64,000 nt of DNA, taken from positions 512,001-576,000 of the forward strand of contig CAWJQQ010000009.1 of assembly GCA_963845065.1 (NCBI GenBank), read 5' to 3'. The notes beneath the pieces were generated by a model. The model did no database searches. It was not told the origin of the DNA and was given only the letters and a program-made list of their open reading frames with translations. This DNA comes from Nitrospirota bacterium (GTDB lineage: Bacteria > Nitrospirota > UBA9217). The first letter of the stretch is position 1; the number at the start of each line of letters is the position of its first letter. Shown one piece after another: positions 53,290 to 62,681 of this stretch. The position numbers were made by a program, and so were the translations under genes.

Positions 53290-53771
53290 ATGTCGGGACG
53301 AATGTAATCGTCCATTAGCTGTGTTGACTGTATTATGCCCCTCACCGGCCCTTTTTTAGCGTTTTTCTGATCGGGTGCTCAGGCGTGCGGCCTGTGAATC
53401 TCGGTATAAAGGATGGGCACTTAGCCCCATGTCCGGAAACACCGAACTGTGTGTCCAGCCAGTGTATGGACTAGGATCATTTTGTTGCACCGCACCCGTT
53501 TTCATCGTCTACTTCCGAGGCCAAGGCCGACCTCAAAAAGATCATCTTCCAGATGGAAAGAACAAAAATTGTTAATGAGACTGACCATTATCTCGCTGTT
53601 GAATTCACCAGCGCGATGTGGCGGTTTGTCGACGATGCAGAGTTCTTACTCGACGATACAGCGAGAGCAATTCATGTCCGCTCCGCATCCCGTATGGGCA
53701 GGTATGATCTTGGAGAAAACCGGAAACGGATCGAGATGATCAGAGCTGTATGGAACTTACGTGGAAAATGA
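53290..53771 (+). pseudogene. DUF1499 family lipoprotein, disrupted
   Basis: IGCSG-RP-NLG, LAPCPETPNCVSSQ, FVDD, VRSASRMGRYDLGENRKR; in-frame TAG at 53472 and no in-frame start codon. Confidence 0.8.
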
Positions 53772-53774
53772 GCC

Positions 53775-54482
53775 ATGACGGAAAGTGACCCAATGGAACG
53801 CAGTCCGACGTTATCAATTGTCCTGCCTGTTTTCAATGAAGCAGAAAAAATCAATGAGATAATTGCACATTTGCGCCAGGAGGCTACTGAAGGGGTTGAA
53901 ATAATTCTCGTGGATGGAGATGAGGCCGGGAGCACAATCAATGACGTAATTGATGGAAAAGTCCTGAAGCTGATGACGTCACGGGGCCGCGGCTGCCAGA
54001 TGAACGTCGGCGCGACGAGAGCAAAGGGCGATGTTATCCTGTTTCTCCATGCCGATACTATGCTTCCCCGAAACGCATTCGCTTTGATTCGGGCAGCTGT
54101 GACGAAGAAGGGTGTAGTTGCCGGTGCATTTGATCTCGGTTTCGACACAAAACGAAGGATTTTTGCTATCACTGAACTGTACGTTGCCCTTCGAACTCGC
54201 CTGACAAGAGTCCCCTTCGGGGATCAGGCCATTTTTATCAAACGCGATTATTTCGAGCGTATCGGTGGATACCTGGATACCCCGCTTATGGAAGACGTGG
54301 AGCTGATGAAGCGCATTCGGAAACGTGGTGATTCCATCGTGATCATACCGCAAAAGGTGCGGACTTCGCCGCGTCGGTACGAACGAGGCGGGGTCCTGTA
54401 CTGCACTTTCAGGAATTTGGCGTTACAAATCCTCTATACGTGGGGCGTATCGCCTGAACGGTTAGTGAAGTGGTATCGTTAG
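53775..54482 (+). CDS. TIGR04283-family GT2 glycosyltransferase (rSAM/selenodomain- or arsenosugar-associated)
   Basis: PVFNE, GRGCQMNVGA, FLHADT, FGDQAIF, PLMEDVEL, TSPRR. Confidence 0.9.
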   Translation: MTESDPMERSPTLSIVLPVFNEAEKINEIIAHLRQEATEGVEIILVDGDEAGSTINDVIDGKVLKLMTSRGRGCQMNVGATRAKGDVILFLHADTMLPRNAFALIRAAVTKKGVVAGAFDLGFDTKRRIFAITELYVALRTRLTRVPFGDQAIFIKRDYFERIGGYLDTPLMEDVELMKRIRKRGDSIVIIPQKVRTSPRRYERGGVLYCTFRNLALQILYTWGVSPERLVKWYR

Positions 54483-54736
54483 GCCCGAACTATCTCAGCG
54501 AACTACAAGTTGCACATTACTATTGTATGTCCTGTTTATTTAATTTACCAGGCAAGAAATCGCTGTCTTATGCGTTCTGTCTATCAAAAAGTACTTCAGC
54601 TAATCTTGGCAATATGTTATATTGCCAAAATTAGCTCACTCTGACTTGATGAGCGGCGATGTATTGTAGTACACTAAAGATTATGCGCGGAGATTGCAGG
54701 AAGACCTGTACAGCAAGGATTATAACCATCTCGATT

Positions 54737-55531
54737 ATGGCGTCCTTATATCCGAAAAACCAAAAACCAACAGATACAGTGGTAGACCTGATCCGAAGCA
54801 CACCGCCGCTTCCCTTGACAAAACTAGCCGTCAATCTGAAATGGCGGAAGAGGGTCTCTGACAAGCTGGAGAGGCATTACCCCGGGGTTGGTCGGTAAAG
54901 GATCCCGCGCGGCCTTCAACATGCTACACGATGCCGAGAAAATAAGACTTCTGTCTTATGGCAAAATCACCCTTAATGCTAAGTAGGGTAACACCGACAT
55001 CGCTTATGCTATGATCGGGACGGTCAAAGTGTACAGGCAAAGATCGCGCTCTCCGAAAACGCCAACGTCGAGTGTTAGAAGATAATGACCGCATTCGGAG
55101 CTGAACTCGTCTTCCCCAGTCCCTTCGAGGGCGCAGACGGAACAGTCCGCTCGGTCAAAAAAAAATATTGAGTGAAGACCCGGAACGCTATTACCAGCCG
55201 GATTAGTACAACAACCCATCCAATTAGAAAGCCCATAATCGGACAACCGGCCCTGAGATCATCGCCCAAGAGGGTTTGAAGTATCTCGGGGAAGGTGCTA
55301 TTGTACCCGGGATCTTCGACATGGGCTTTTCCGATGAACGGCTGTTTGTAAGCACCGAATCTGCAAATGACATGGCAAAAAGGCTGGCCCGAGAAGAGTG
55401 CATGTTTGTGGACCACTCAAGCGGTGCAGCACTTGCACCAGCGTTCGCGATAGCCGGGAATCTCGAAGAAGGCACCATTGTAACCATGTTCCCGGCCAGG
55501 GGGGCCGCTATTAGAGCATGGAGGTTAAGCA
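54737..55531 (+). pseudogene. cysM: Cysteine synthase (CysM/CysK family) pseudogene
   Basis: Fragments VVDLIRSTP, KLE, VKD, GNTDIAYAMIG, FGAELV, YNNPSN, TTGPEI, RLAREE, SSGAA with many stops and frameshifts. Confidence 0.85.
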
Positions 55532-55981
55532 ATGTTATTTTCCCAGCAAAGTGTCGCTGCCATGAACAGGCAGGCTATGGCGGAATATCCGTCAGAATGT
55601 TGCGGTATCGTGACCGGCAGGGCAGACGTCCAGCACATTCATCCTCTTGTGAACATTCAGGAGCGCCTGCATGCCGAAGATCCCCAAACTCATCCACGGG
55701 ACAGCAGGAGCGCCTATGCTGTGGACAGGAACGAGGTAGAACGAATTATCCATGAGTCTGCACGTGCCAACGAGACCGTCCTAGCCTTTTACCATTCCCA
55801 TATCGATTGTGATGCTTATTTTTCCCAGATGGACAAAGAGGTCCAGACGGTCTTTGGCGAGCCGGAGTTCCCGGATGCAGTTCACGTGGTCGTTGCACTA
55901 CGAGAAGGAAAAATTCACGAGATGAAAGGTTATATTTGGGATAGCACCAAGCAAGATTTTGTCAACGTAGAAGTGTTCTGA
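55532..55981 (+). CDS. JAB/MPN metallopeptidase (Mec / CysO-cysteine peptidase-like)
   Basis: YPSECCG, YHSH-x7-S-x2-D JAMM motif; follows the cysM remnant. Confidence 0.9.
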   Translation: MLFSQQSVAAMNRQAMAEYPSECCGIVTGRADVQHIHPLVNIQERLHAEDPQTHPRDSRSAYAVDRNEVERIIHESARANETVLAFYHSHIDCDAYFSQMDKEVQTVFGEPEFPDAVHVVVALREGKIHEMKGYIWDSTKQDFVNVEVF

Positions 55982-56369
55982 CCTTGACCTACCCCTTGTC
56001 TGACAGGCAGTCCTATAATAGCTTTTTTTGTGGCTTTTGGCCTCGTATCTATTTGAATTTACATTAGCCAAATTATCAAAATTCGAATTTTCGGACAGTT
56101 TGCTGAAGGCAGAGGGGCTAACGGTAGTACTGGCAAGCGCTTCGGCAACATAATTTTTAAATATCAATCTTGATTGTCGTTGATCCTTCTTTAACGGGCA
56201 AGTAACTCTGTGTCAGGACCGCAGGCCAAAGCCGATAAATGAAACCTTATCATTCGTCGCTTGATATTGCAATCTCGACATCGCCCGTTCTAGGAACAGG
56301 CAAAGCTGTCCAAGTTAAAACCTATTTTGGACAGGAGTTAGATATTTGTTAACTATTCGGGTTCAGCGT

Positions 56370-56443
56370 TATCATCCCACAGCTAAAGCATGTGGGTTTC
56401 CTGCGCTGTTTTCTGCAAGATCATTAGAAAACAGCGCAGGAAA
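56370..56443. repeat. IS200/IS605 left-end-like hairpin within an 18-bp perfect inverted repeat
   Basis: TTTCCTGCGCTGTTTTCT (56397-56414) / AGAAAACAGCGCAGGAAA (56426-56443); adjacent CCCACAGCTAAAGCATGTGGG. Confidence 0.6.
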
Positions 56444-56620
56444 GTAGACTGTCGAATGTGGTTAAAATACAGGAACTGCGAAAGAGGGGTGTGGTATAAG
56501 CTATGCCGGAGGCCTTATTTGTGATATCCTTTATACATGCTGTTGATCGAACACTTCCGAACGCTACATGATTTCTGTGCTTGACTGCATTGAAGTAATG
56601 TCCTGTTGAGTGTATTTACT

Positions 56621-57580
56621 ATGGACAAAGTTATACCGTTTCTGATACAACACGGCTACCCAACACTTTTTTTGTGGGTTTTGGCCGAAATAATGGGGCT
56701 CCCGATACCGAGTTTTCCCGTCCTCATAATAATGGGGGCATTGGCTGGCTTAGGACAACGAAACTTGTTCCTTTGCATCGGTTTGGGGGTCTGTGCTGCA
56801 TTACTGGGTGACGTCTTTTGGTACACATTCGGCCGTTACCGTGGAAGGAAGGTGCTGTCCCTTTTATGCCGTATTTCGTTCGAACCAGATTCCTGCGTCC
56901 GTCGAACCGAAAATATTTTTGCACGATACGGCGTTCGATCCTTTCTTGTTACGAAAATTATTCCAGGACTAAATGCCATTGCGACGTCGCTTGCGGGCGT
57001 CATCCACCTGCCCCTCAAGCGATTCTTTATTTTTGACATTCCGGGGGTACTCATTTGGGTCAGTGGATATACTCTCATCGGCTATCTTATAAGCGAAGAA
57101 CTTGATCGTGCCTTGTATTTTGGCGCGGGAATTGGGAAAATACTCTTCCTATTCGTGTTCTGCGGGCTGATGGTATATGTCATTAGGAAATTCATTGTGA
57201 GGCAACGGTTGTTGAAACAACTCGCGATCGAACACATTACCCCGGAAGAGCTGAAACAGAGAATTGACGCCGGTGAGCATATTGTAATTATCGATGTGCG
57301 CCACGCCTCCGACATAGAAGCTGACCCTTATGGTATCCCCGGCGCTATCCACATCTCCTCTGTCGCGACTGAGAGTCATCCTGCATTATTAGGAGATGGC
57401 GAAATAGTCACCTATTGCACTTGACCAAGTGAGGCCTCCAGCGCCCGTGCGGCGCTGAACTTAATTCTGCGAGGTATGAAACGTATACGACCGTTGTCAG
57501 GCGGTTTTGACGCTTGGCGCGACAGGGGCTATCCTGTTGAACAGGTGATCAATGAGAGACCGGTGAAAGAAAAGGATTAA
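56621..57580 (+). CDS. DedA/VTT-rhodanese fusion, predicted selenoprotein (CxU, UGA at 57422-57424)
   Basis: DedA motifs GLPIPS, LGDVFWY, KIIPG; rhodanese IIDVR, IPGA, TYCT-UGA-PSEASSARAA...RPLSGGFDAWRDRGYPVE to TAA at 57580. Confidence 0.88.
57439..57457 (+). promoter_or_regulatory. Candidate SECIS element of the DedA-rhodanese gene
   Basis: CAGCGCC-CGTGC-GGCGCTG hairpin starting 14 nt after the UGA. Confidence 0.65.
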
Positions 57581-57715
57581 AAAATATATTTTCAAGAAAA
57601 CTAAAAAGTCGATTGCAGGTCTATAATACATTCCGTACTAATGGTTTGTACGCAGATGGACGAAACTCTAGCTTTATGGAAAAAGACCGGGCTCTCATTA
57701 CAAAGGCAGTGAAAA

Positions 57716-57988
57716 ATGCCAGACTATGGAACTCATAACTACGCAAATATTAGCAGAACAAAAGTCTATGCATTGCTCGACAAAGTGATCGCTCATGGTT
57801 CTCACGTTACAGGTAATAACCCGTGGATCATCGATGCAAAAGAGCATGGCGTCCTACTAAAATGCGCATGGAATGAGGAAACTCTGACCCTTGAAATTAC
57901 GGTCACAGACGCTAACTGGTATGTTACACGCAAGGCAGTTTGGCAACATATTGAATCACTGATGTGCCACACCCAAGATGCAGGATAA
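57716..57988 (+). CDS. Hypothetical protein (90 aa)
   Basis: Clean ORF with globular composition between two + strand genes. Confidence 0.6.
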   Translation: MPDYGTHNYANISRTKVYALLDKVIAHGSHVTGNNPWIIDAKEHGVLLKCAWNEETLTLEITVTDANWYVTRKAVWQHIESLMCHTQDAG

Positions 57989-58275
57989 GGTGACTTCTCT
58001 CTTTCAATCAACGCCCTAGTTTCATGGGCATGCTTCATTAATGTGGCGTCCCAATTCCGTAAAAGCGTTGCTTCAATTAAACGGACGGCGCTGGTTTTTT
58101 TTCAGATGAGAAACAGAATTTTCAGAATGTGGCAGAATGAACAAATAAGTATCTTTATTATTCCTTGAAGACATATGGTATGAAACCACTCTTAGGTCGA
58201 AGCTCGAGACTATGAACGAAGCAGACATTACCGGAGAGCATTCGGCGGCTTATGTGGAGTATTTCGATAGAAGAT

Positions 58276-58971
58276 ATGACTAATATTCGGTGTGTGATCC
58301 TATTTGTGAAGCTTCCAGAACCAGGGAAAGTGAAGTCCCGTCTCGCTCAAGATATTGACGGAGATATCGTCCAGCGCCTTTATGAGTGTATGGTCTTGGA
58401 TGCGATAGATATTCTCGAACAAGCAGATGCGCCGTTTCGCATTTGTTTTGACCCGCCTGATGCGGAGGAACGTATGCGGCAGTGGCTCGGGCAGGCTTAT
58501 TCATACATGCCGCAAACCGGCGAGGACCTTGGCGCGCGGATGGAACAGGCATTCATCCACGTGTTTTCAGAAGGAGTGGACAATGCCCTTCTCATTGGGA
58601 GCGACATACCTTCTTTAACAGCCGCCATTATTGATGATGCCTTCCGATCCTTTTCAGCCTGCGATGCGGTCATCGGTCCTGCTAACGACGGGGGTTATTA
58701 TTTGATTGGCTTCAAAAAGCGAACCTTCAAGCCGGGGATTTTTCACGCTATAACGTGGAGTACGAAGATGGTATTTGGCGAAACCCTCGGGAGACTGGAG
58801 AAGGCACTGCTTACTGTGCACCGACTGCCGGAGCTTAGGGATATCGATACGCAGGAGGATTTGGAAGCTTTTCTGTCCCGTGCACACCATATAGAACCAG
58901 GAACATCGAGAACCCTCTTCTTTCTCAGTAAACATCGTCAAGCGCTGTTTATGAGGAATAAAACCTTCTAA
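58276..58971 (+). CDS. TIGR04282/DUF2064-family nucleotidyl/glycosyltransferase
   Basis: KLPEPGKVKSRL, QTGEDLGARM, IGSDIP, GPANDGGYYLIG, DIDTQEDL. Confidence 0.92.
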   Translation: MTNIRCVILFVKLPEPGKVKSRLAQDIDGDIVQRLYECMVLDAIDILEQADAPFRICFDPPDAEERMRQWLGQAYSYMPQTGEDLGARMEQAFIHVFSEGVDNALLIGSDIPSLTAAIIDDAFRSFSACDAVIGPANDGGYYLIGFKKRTFKPGIFHAITWSTKMVFGETLGRLEKALLTVHRLPELRDIDTQEDLEAFLSRAHHIEPGTSRTLFFLSKHRQALFMRNKTF

Positions 58972-59038
58972 CCACGGAAACGATCAGGCTCAAAAGCCGG
59001 GTTTGCAAATCGTCTGTCTTTGTGCCACACTACTCAGT

Positions 59039-59725
59039 ATGAGCAAACAGAAAAAAAGAGTCATCCTCCTTGTGTGCTTCATTGCGGTGATCGTCATTGT
59101 CCGATCTTCTCCACTTGGTGGACTGTTCACCTTTGAGAATCTGCAACAGCACCGCGAATCACTGCTCCTCTTTGTGAAGGACCATTACTGGCTATCTGTT
59201 CTCTCATATATTTGTCTCTATATACTTGTCGCCTCACTGTCTCTTCCGGGCGCTGCAGTTTTGACCCTGGCAGGCGGATTCCTTTTCGGCACATCGGCAA
59301 GCACGCTGTACGTGAACATTGGGGCCACAACAGGAGCATCATTCGCTTTTCTGGTTGCCCGCTATCTCCTGGGGAACAGGCTGCAGGAAAAATATCAGGG
59401 CCAGCTCAGCAAATTCAACACTGAGATCGAGCGGAGCGGCAAAAGCTATCTTTTGACGCTTCGTTTTATTCCCGTTTTCCCTTTTTTCCTTATTAATTTT
59501 CTTGCAGGGCTTACCGCGATACCGTTCTGGACGTTCATTTGGACTACGTCCATCGGCATCATACCGGGTACGGCCGTATATGCCTTTGCAGGACAGCAGA
59601 TCGGTTCGCTCAACTCGCTGTCGGAGATTCTTTCTAAAAGAATTATCGCCGTTTTTGTCGTCCTGGCGCTTTTTGCTCTTGTTCCGGTGATCGTGAAGCG
59701 AATCACAGGTAGAAAGAATCCCTAA
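59039..59725 (+). CDS. TVP38/TMEM64 (VTT domain) membrane protein
   Basis: SLPGAAVLTLAGGFLFG, GATTGA, LRFIPVFPFFLIN, GIIPGT. Confidence 0.92.
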   Translation: MSKQKKRVILLVCFIAVIVIVRSSPLGGLFTFENLQQHRESLLLFVKDHYWLSVLSYICLYILVASLSLPGAAVLTLAGGFLFGTSASTLYVNIGATTGASFAFLVARYLLGNRLQEKYQGQLSKFNTEIERSGKSYLLTLRFIPVFPFFLINFLAGLTAIPFWTFIWTTSIGIIPGTAVYAFAGQQIGSLNSLSEILSKRIIAVFVVLALFALVPVIVKRITGRKNP

Positions 59726-59755
59726 TCTTATTCACTAATATGCCGGGAGGGCCAC

Positions 59756-60391
59756 ATGGACACCAAAAAAAAGGTCACGGTGATTTTGAAGCGATTAAAA
59801 AAAGAATATGCCGGAACGCCGCAGACGGCATTAACCTTCTCGACTCCCTTCCAGCTTCTTGTCGCGACTATTCTCTCGGCGCAGACGACAGATGTGCAGG
59901 TGAACAAGGTGACGGCGAAGCTCTTCAGGAAATATCCCACTATCGAACATTTCTCGGGTACGACTCCAGATCAACTGGCAAAGGACGTTGCATCGGTTAA
60001 CTTTTACAGAAACAAGGCTAAGAACATCAATAACATGGCCAAGATGGTGCTCAAGGATTTCGGAGGGATGATTCCCCGGACCATGGAAGAGCTGGTAACT
60101 CTGCCCGGCGTAGCGCGGAAAACCGCGAACATTGTTCTATCGAGCGCGTTTGGCATCAATCAGGGCATCGCTGTTGATACGCATGTGAAACGTCTTTCAC
60201 AGCGTCTTGGTTTGACGACGCATGATGACCCGGTAAAGATCGAGAACGATCTCATAATGGCTACGCAGCGGAAAGAGTGGGGGAACCTGTCCCACCTGCT
60301 GATCTTTCACGGCAGAAAAATCTGTCAAGCAAGAAAACCAAATCACACCGAATGTACTCTGTACGACATCTGTCCCTCCAGGGGCATCTGA
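59756..60391 (+). CDS. nth: Endonuclease III
   Basis: LSAQTTD, LPGVARKTAN, AVDTHV, C-x6-H-x2-C-x5-C (second Fe-S Cys replaced by His). Confidence 0.95.
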   Translation: MDTKKKVTVILKRLKKEYAGTPQTALTFSTPFQLLVATILSAQTTDVQVNKVTAKLFRKYPTIEHFSGTTPDQLAKDVASVNFYRNKAKNINNMAKMVLKDFGGMIPRTMEELVTLPGVARKTANIVLSSAFGINQGIAVDTHVKRLSQRLGLTTHDDPVKIENDLIMATQRKEWGNLSHLLIFHGRKICQARKPNHTECTLYDICPSRGI

Positions 60392-60501
60392 ATGCGTCCC
60401 AATAAAATCCGTTGTTTTCCGGTTTATATCTATGCTAAAATAGCCGCCATTATTACGATACCCCCGCCTCATTGGTTCTTCCGCAGAGAGGATTACACTG
60501 C

Positions 60502-61413
60502 ATGAAGAAGATGCTCATCCATTCCCTGCTTTTGACTGCATTGGCCGTATTTGCGCTTCTGCTTATGGGAGCAGGCAGCGAGATGACAAACGGCGTTAAC
60601 TCCGGCATGAATAACAGCTTGTCAAGCCGAGTGACGAACAGCATGACTTCCACTGTAACCACCAGCATAACTACCAGCATTACCACCAGCGTGACCACCA
60701 GCATAGGTAGCATAGAGACAACCAGCATTGTAAGCAGGGTGACGGGCAGCCATTTAAAGAGCTGCCTCACAAGCAGCACAACGAATAGTCACTTCTCCTG
60801 TGTGGCCCGTGGCGCAATCGGCAAGCAAATCCTTCTCTCACCCTATGCCGAGGAAGTCGCCAGGATCATCAAATTCGAGCGACAAATCCTCATAATCGTG
60901 GAGGAGATAACCCATGACCGCATCGGACGGCTTATCGGCTTCGATGAGGAGGGATACCAGATCATTGCACCCGGTATCGTAGTTTCCGTGCCGGAGGATA
61001 AGGCAGACAACATTCTTGTGGCGCTCCGTCACAGATTACAGCCTCTTCATTATATGGCATTTGTTGTGGAAATGAACAGCGCACTCAAGGTCTATAAGAT
61101 TGGTGTTTTGAAGGGTACCGACCAGTACGAAATACTTCGCATTATGCACACCGATGGAGATGATTATGACATATCCAATCAGGACGTAATTGACTGGCTG
61201 AAAGAGTTAGAGAAAAAGGCGCCTTTTGATATTATCGGTGCAGACAGCGACTGGGTTGAGATCCAGTTTAAAACAGTGCCGCATGACCTGAAAACGATCG
61301 TCAAGGAGGTGTACGACTTTTGCCCCGATGCTGTTGAACAGGGCCCGGGTTCAGTCGACGAACTCGTCAATGAGATCAGAAAAACGAAACGTCTTCTCCT
61401 GTTGTGGGATTAG
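60502..61413 (+). CDS. DUF4253-like exported protein with Ser/Thr-rich N-terminal repeat
   Basis: Signal peptide, TTSI repeats, IIGADSDWVE, YDFCPDAVEQG, terminal LWD. Confidence 0.78.
   Translation: MKKMLIHSLLLTALAVFALLLMGAGSEMTNGVNSGMNNSLSSRVTNSMTSTVTTSITTSITTSVTTSIGSIETTSIVSRVTGSHLKSCLTSSTTNSHFSCVARGAIGKQILLSPYAEEVARIIKFERQILIIVEEITHDRIGRLIGFDEEGYQIIAPGIVVSVPEDKADNILVALRHRLQPLHYMAFVVEMNSALKVYKIGVLKGTDQYEILRIMHTDGDDYDISNQDVIDWLKELEKKAPFDIIGADSDWVEIQFKTVPHDLKTIVKEVYDFCPDAVEQGPGSVDELVNEIRKTKRLLLLWD
60654..60729 (+). repeat. Degenerate 12-nt coding tandem repeat (ACCACCAGCATN; TTSI/V)
   Basis: ACCAGC recurs with 12-nt period. Confidence 0.75.
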
Positions 61414-61444
61414 CATCCTTTGTGCCGGTTCATTGTAATATAGC

Positions 61445-61475
61445 AAAAAAAAGCAGGCGGGATTCCGCCTGCTTT
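61445..61475. terminator. Terminator between convergent genes (strong on the minus strand)
   Basis: A run then AAAGCAGGCGG-GATT-CCGCCTGCTTT. Confidence 0.8.
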
Positions 61476-61539
61476 AAAACAATTCATCCAAGATAACATG
61501 TTTTCCCGCTGAGAATAATGAAATAGCGGTATAGTGAAA

Positions 61540-61779
61540 CTACTTGCCTGCCGGTGCTGCTGGTGCTGCTGCTGGAGCCGCTGCCGGAGCTGCCTTCTTC
61601 ATCTTCTTCTTCTTCATCGTCTTCTTCTTTACAGTCTTCTTCTTCATCTTCTTTGCCGGGGCCTTCTGCTCCATCTTCTCAGGAGCTGCCGCCGGTGCCG
61701 TTGCGTTCTCCTCCGCGAATGCTAGACCGAGGGTGAGAGCAAACGTCATTGCTGTGAAAAGAGCAATAATCTTTTTCAT
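61540..61779 (-). CDS. Small secreted Lys/Ala/Pro-rich protein
   Basis: AAGGAGGTG RBS, signal peptide ending AFA, poly-Lys core, APAA repeats. Confidence 0.8.
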   Translation of the reverse strand: MKKIIALFTAMTFALTLGLAFAEENATAPAAAPEKMEQKAPAKKMKKKTVKKKTMKKKKMKKAAPAAAPAAAPAAPAGK

Positions 61780-62115
61780 TCAGATTCACCTCCTTCCGTT
61801 TTACGATTAAGTAATGTAGCAGATTGGACAATTGTTGTCAAGCGTAAAGAATGAGCGAATTGATTCAAAATGAATATTACCCAAGTTAATTTTGAATTAT
61901 TTCATTGAATCATAATTCATGTTACCGGAACGATACTGCTGAATATCTTGGCATTACAAGGCAGACACTCATTTACCGGATGGAATAATCGGGCTCAAAC
62001 TACAGAATGTATCATGTTGATCCAAAATGGATCAGGCCACTGTTTCTGCCTTGACAAATGGTGTATTATATAATGAGTATCATGGGTCGCATCGTATATC
62101 GTATAAGGAGGAAAT

Positions 62116-62322
62116 ATGGCGACAAAGACGCTTAAGATCCAGGGAATGACGTGCAATCACTGCGTGATGCGCGTGACAAAGGCTTTGAAGGCAGTTCCCG
62201 GTGTGCGGGATACGAAAGTCGATTTACAGAAAGCGGAGGCAGCGGTTACCTTTGACGAATCGAAAGTGGCACCAGACAAGCTGACCGCCGCCGTCGTTGA
62301 TGCGGGATACAAGGTCGTTTAA
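62116..62322 (+). CDS. copZ: Heavy-metal-associated (CopZ-like) chaperone
   Basis: GMTCNHC...AGY; AGGAGG RBS. Confidence 0.9.
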   Translation: MATKTLKIQGMTCNHCVMRVTKALKAVPGVRDTKVDLQKAEAAVTFDESKVAPDKLTAAVVDAGYKVV

Positions 62323-62587
62323 GGGATCTGGTCATCACCGTATCATACAACATGGCCCCTTTTTTTTATCGCTTCGTTGAAAGTACAAGAAGGGCTTTGT
62401 ATTTTTGCAGGACTGACTTTCATGTAAAACTGCGCATGATAGAGTTCCCGTTGCCTCATAATAAAATGTTACCTGAGGAGACCTATATCTTTGGGTTTAG
62501 TTTTTGAATATTTTTTTCAGCTTCTCATCTATGGTGTTTCTGTGTTCAAAGGGGTTCAAGGTTTTGTAGGGCTCCTTGAGTGATTGC

Positions 62588-62616
62588 TTGACAACCAGCG
62601 AACTCGTCAGTATAAT
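62588..62616 (+). promoter_or_regulatory. Consensus sigma70 promoter
   Basis: TTGACA-17 nt-TATAAT. Confidence 0.75.
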
Positions 62617-62681
62617 TTCATTCGGCAACCTGCTTATCGCCTGGCGGAGGACAGGATGAACAGGAGAGGGAGCAGCAGCAG

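Noticed and set aside
17447..55230. Pyrrolysine or amber read-through to explain in-frame TAGs in tnpB, IS110, DUF1499 and cysM
   Set aside because: The same genes also carry frameshifts or deletions, intact genes such as glyQ end in TAG, and no pyl genes are present
61534..61810. Plus-strand Phe-, Ser- or Cys-rich ORFs
   Set aside because: Antisense shadows of the Lys-rich minus-strand gene, which has the RBS and signal peptide
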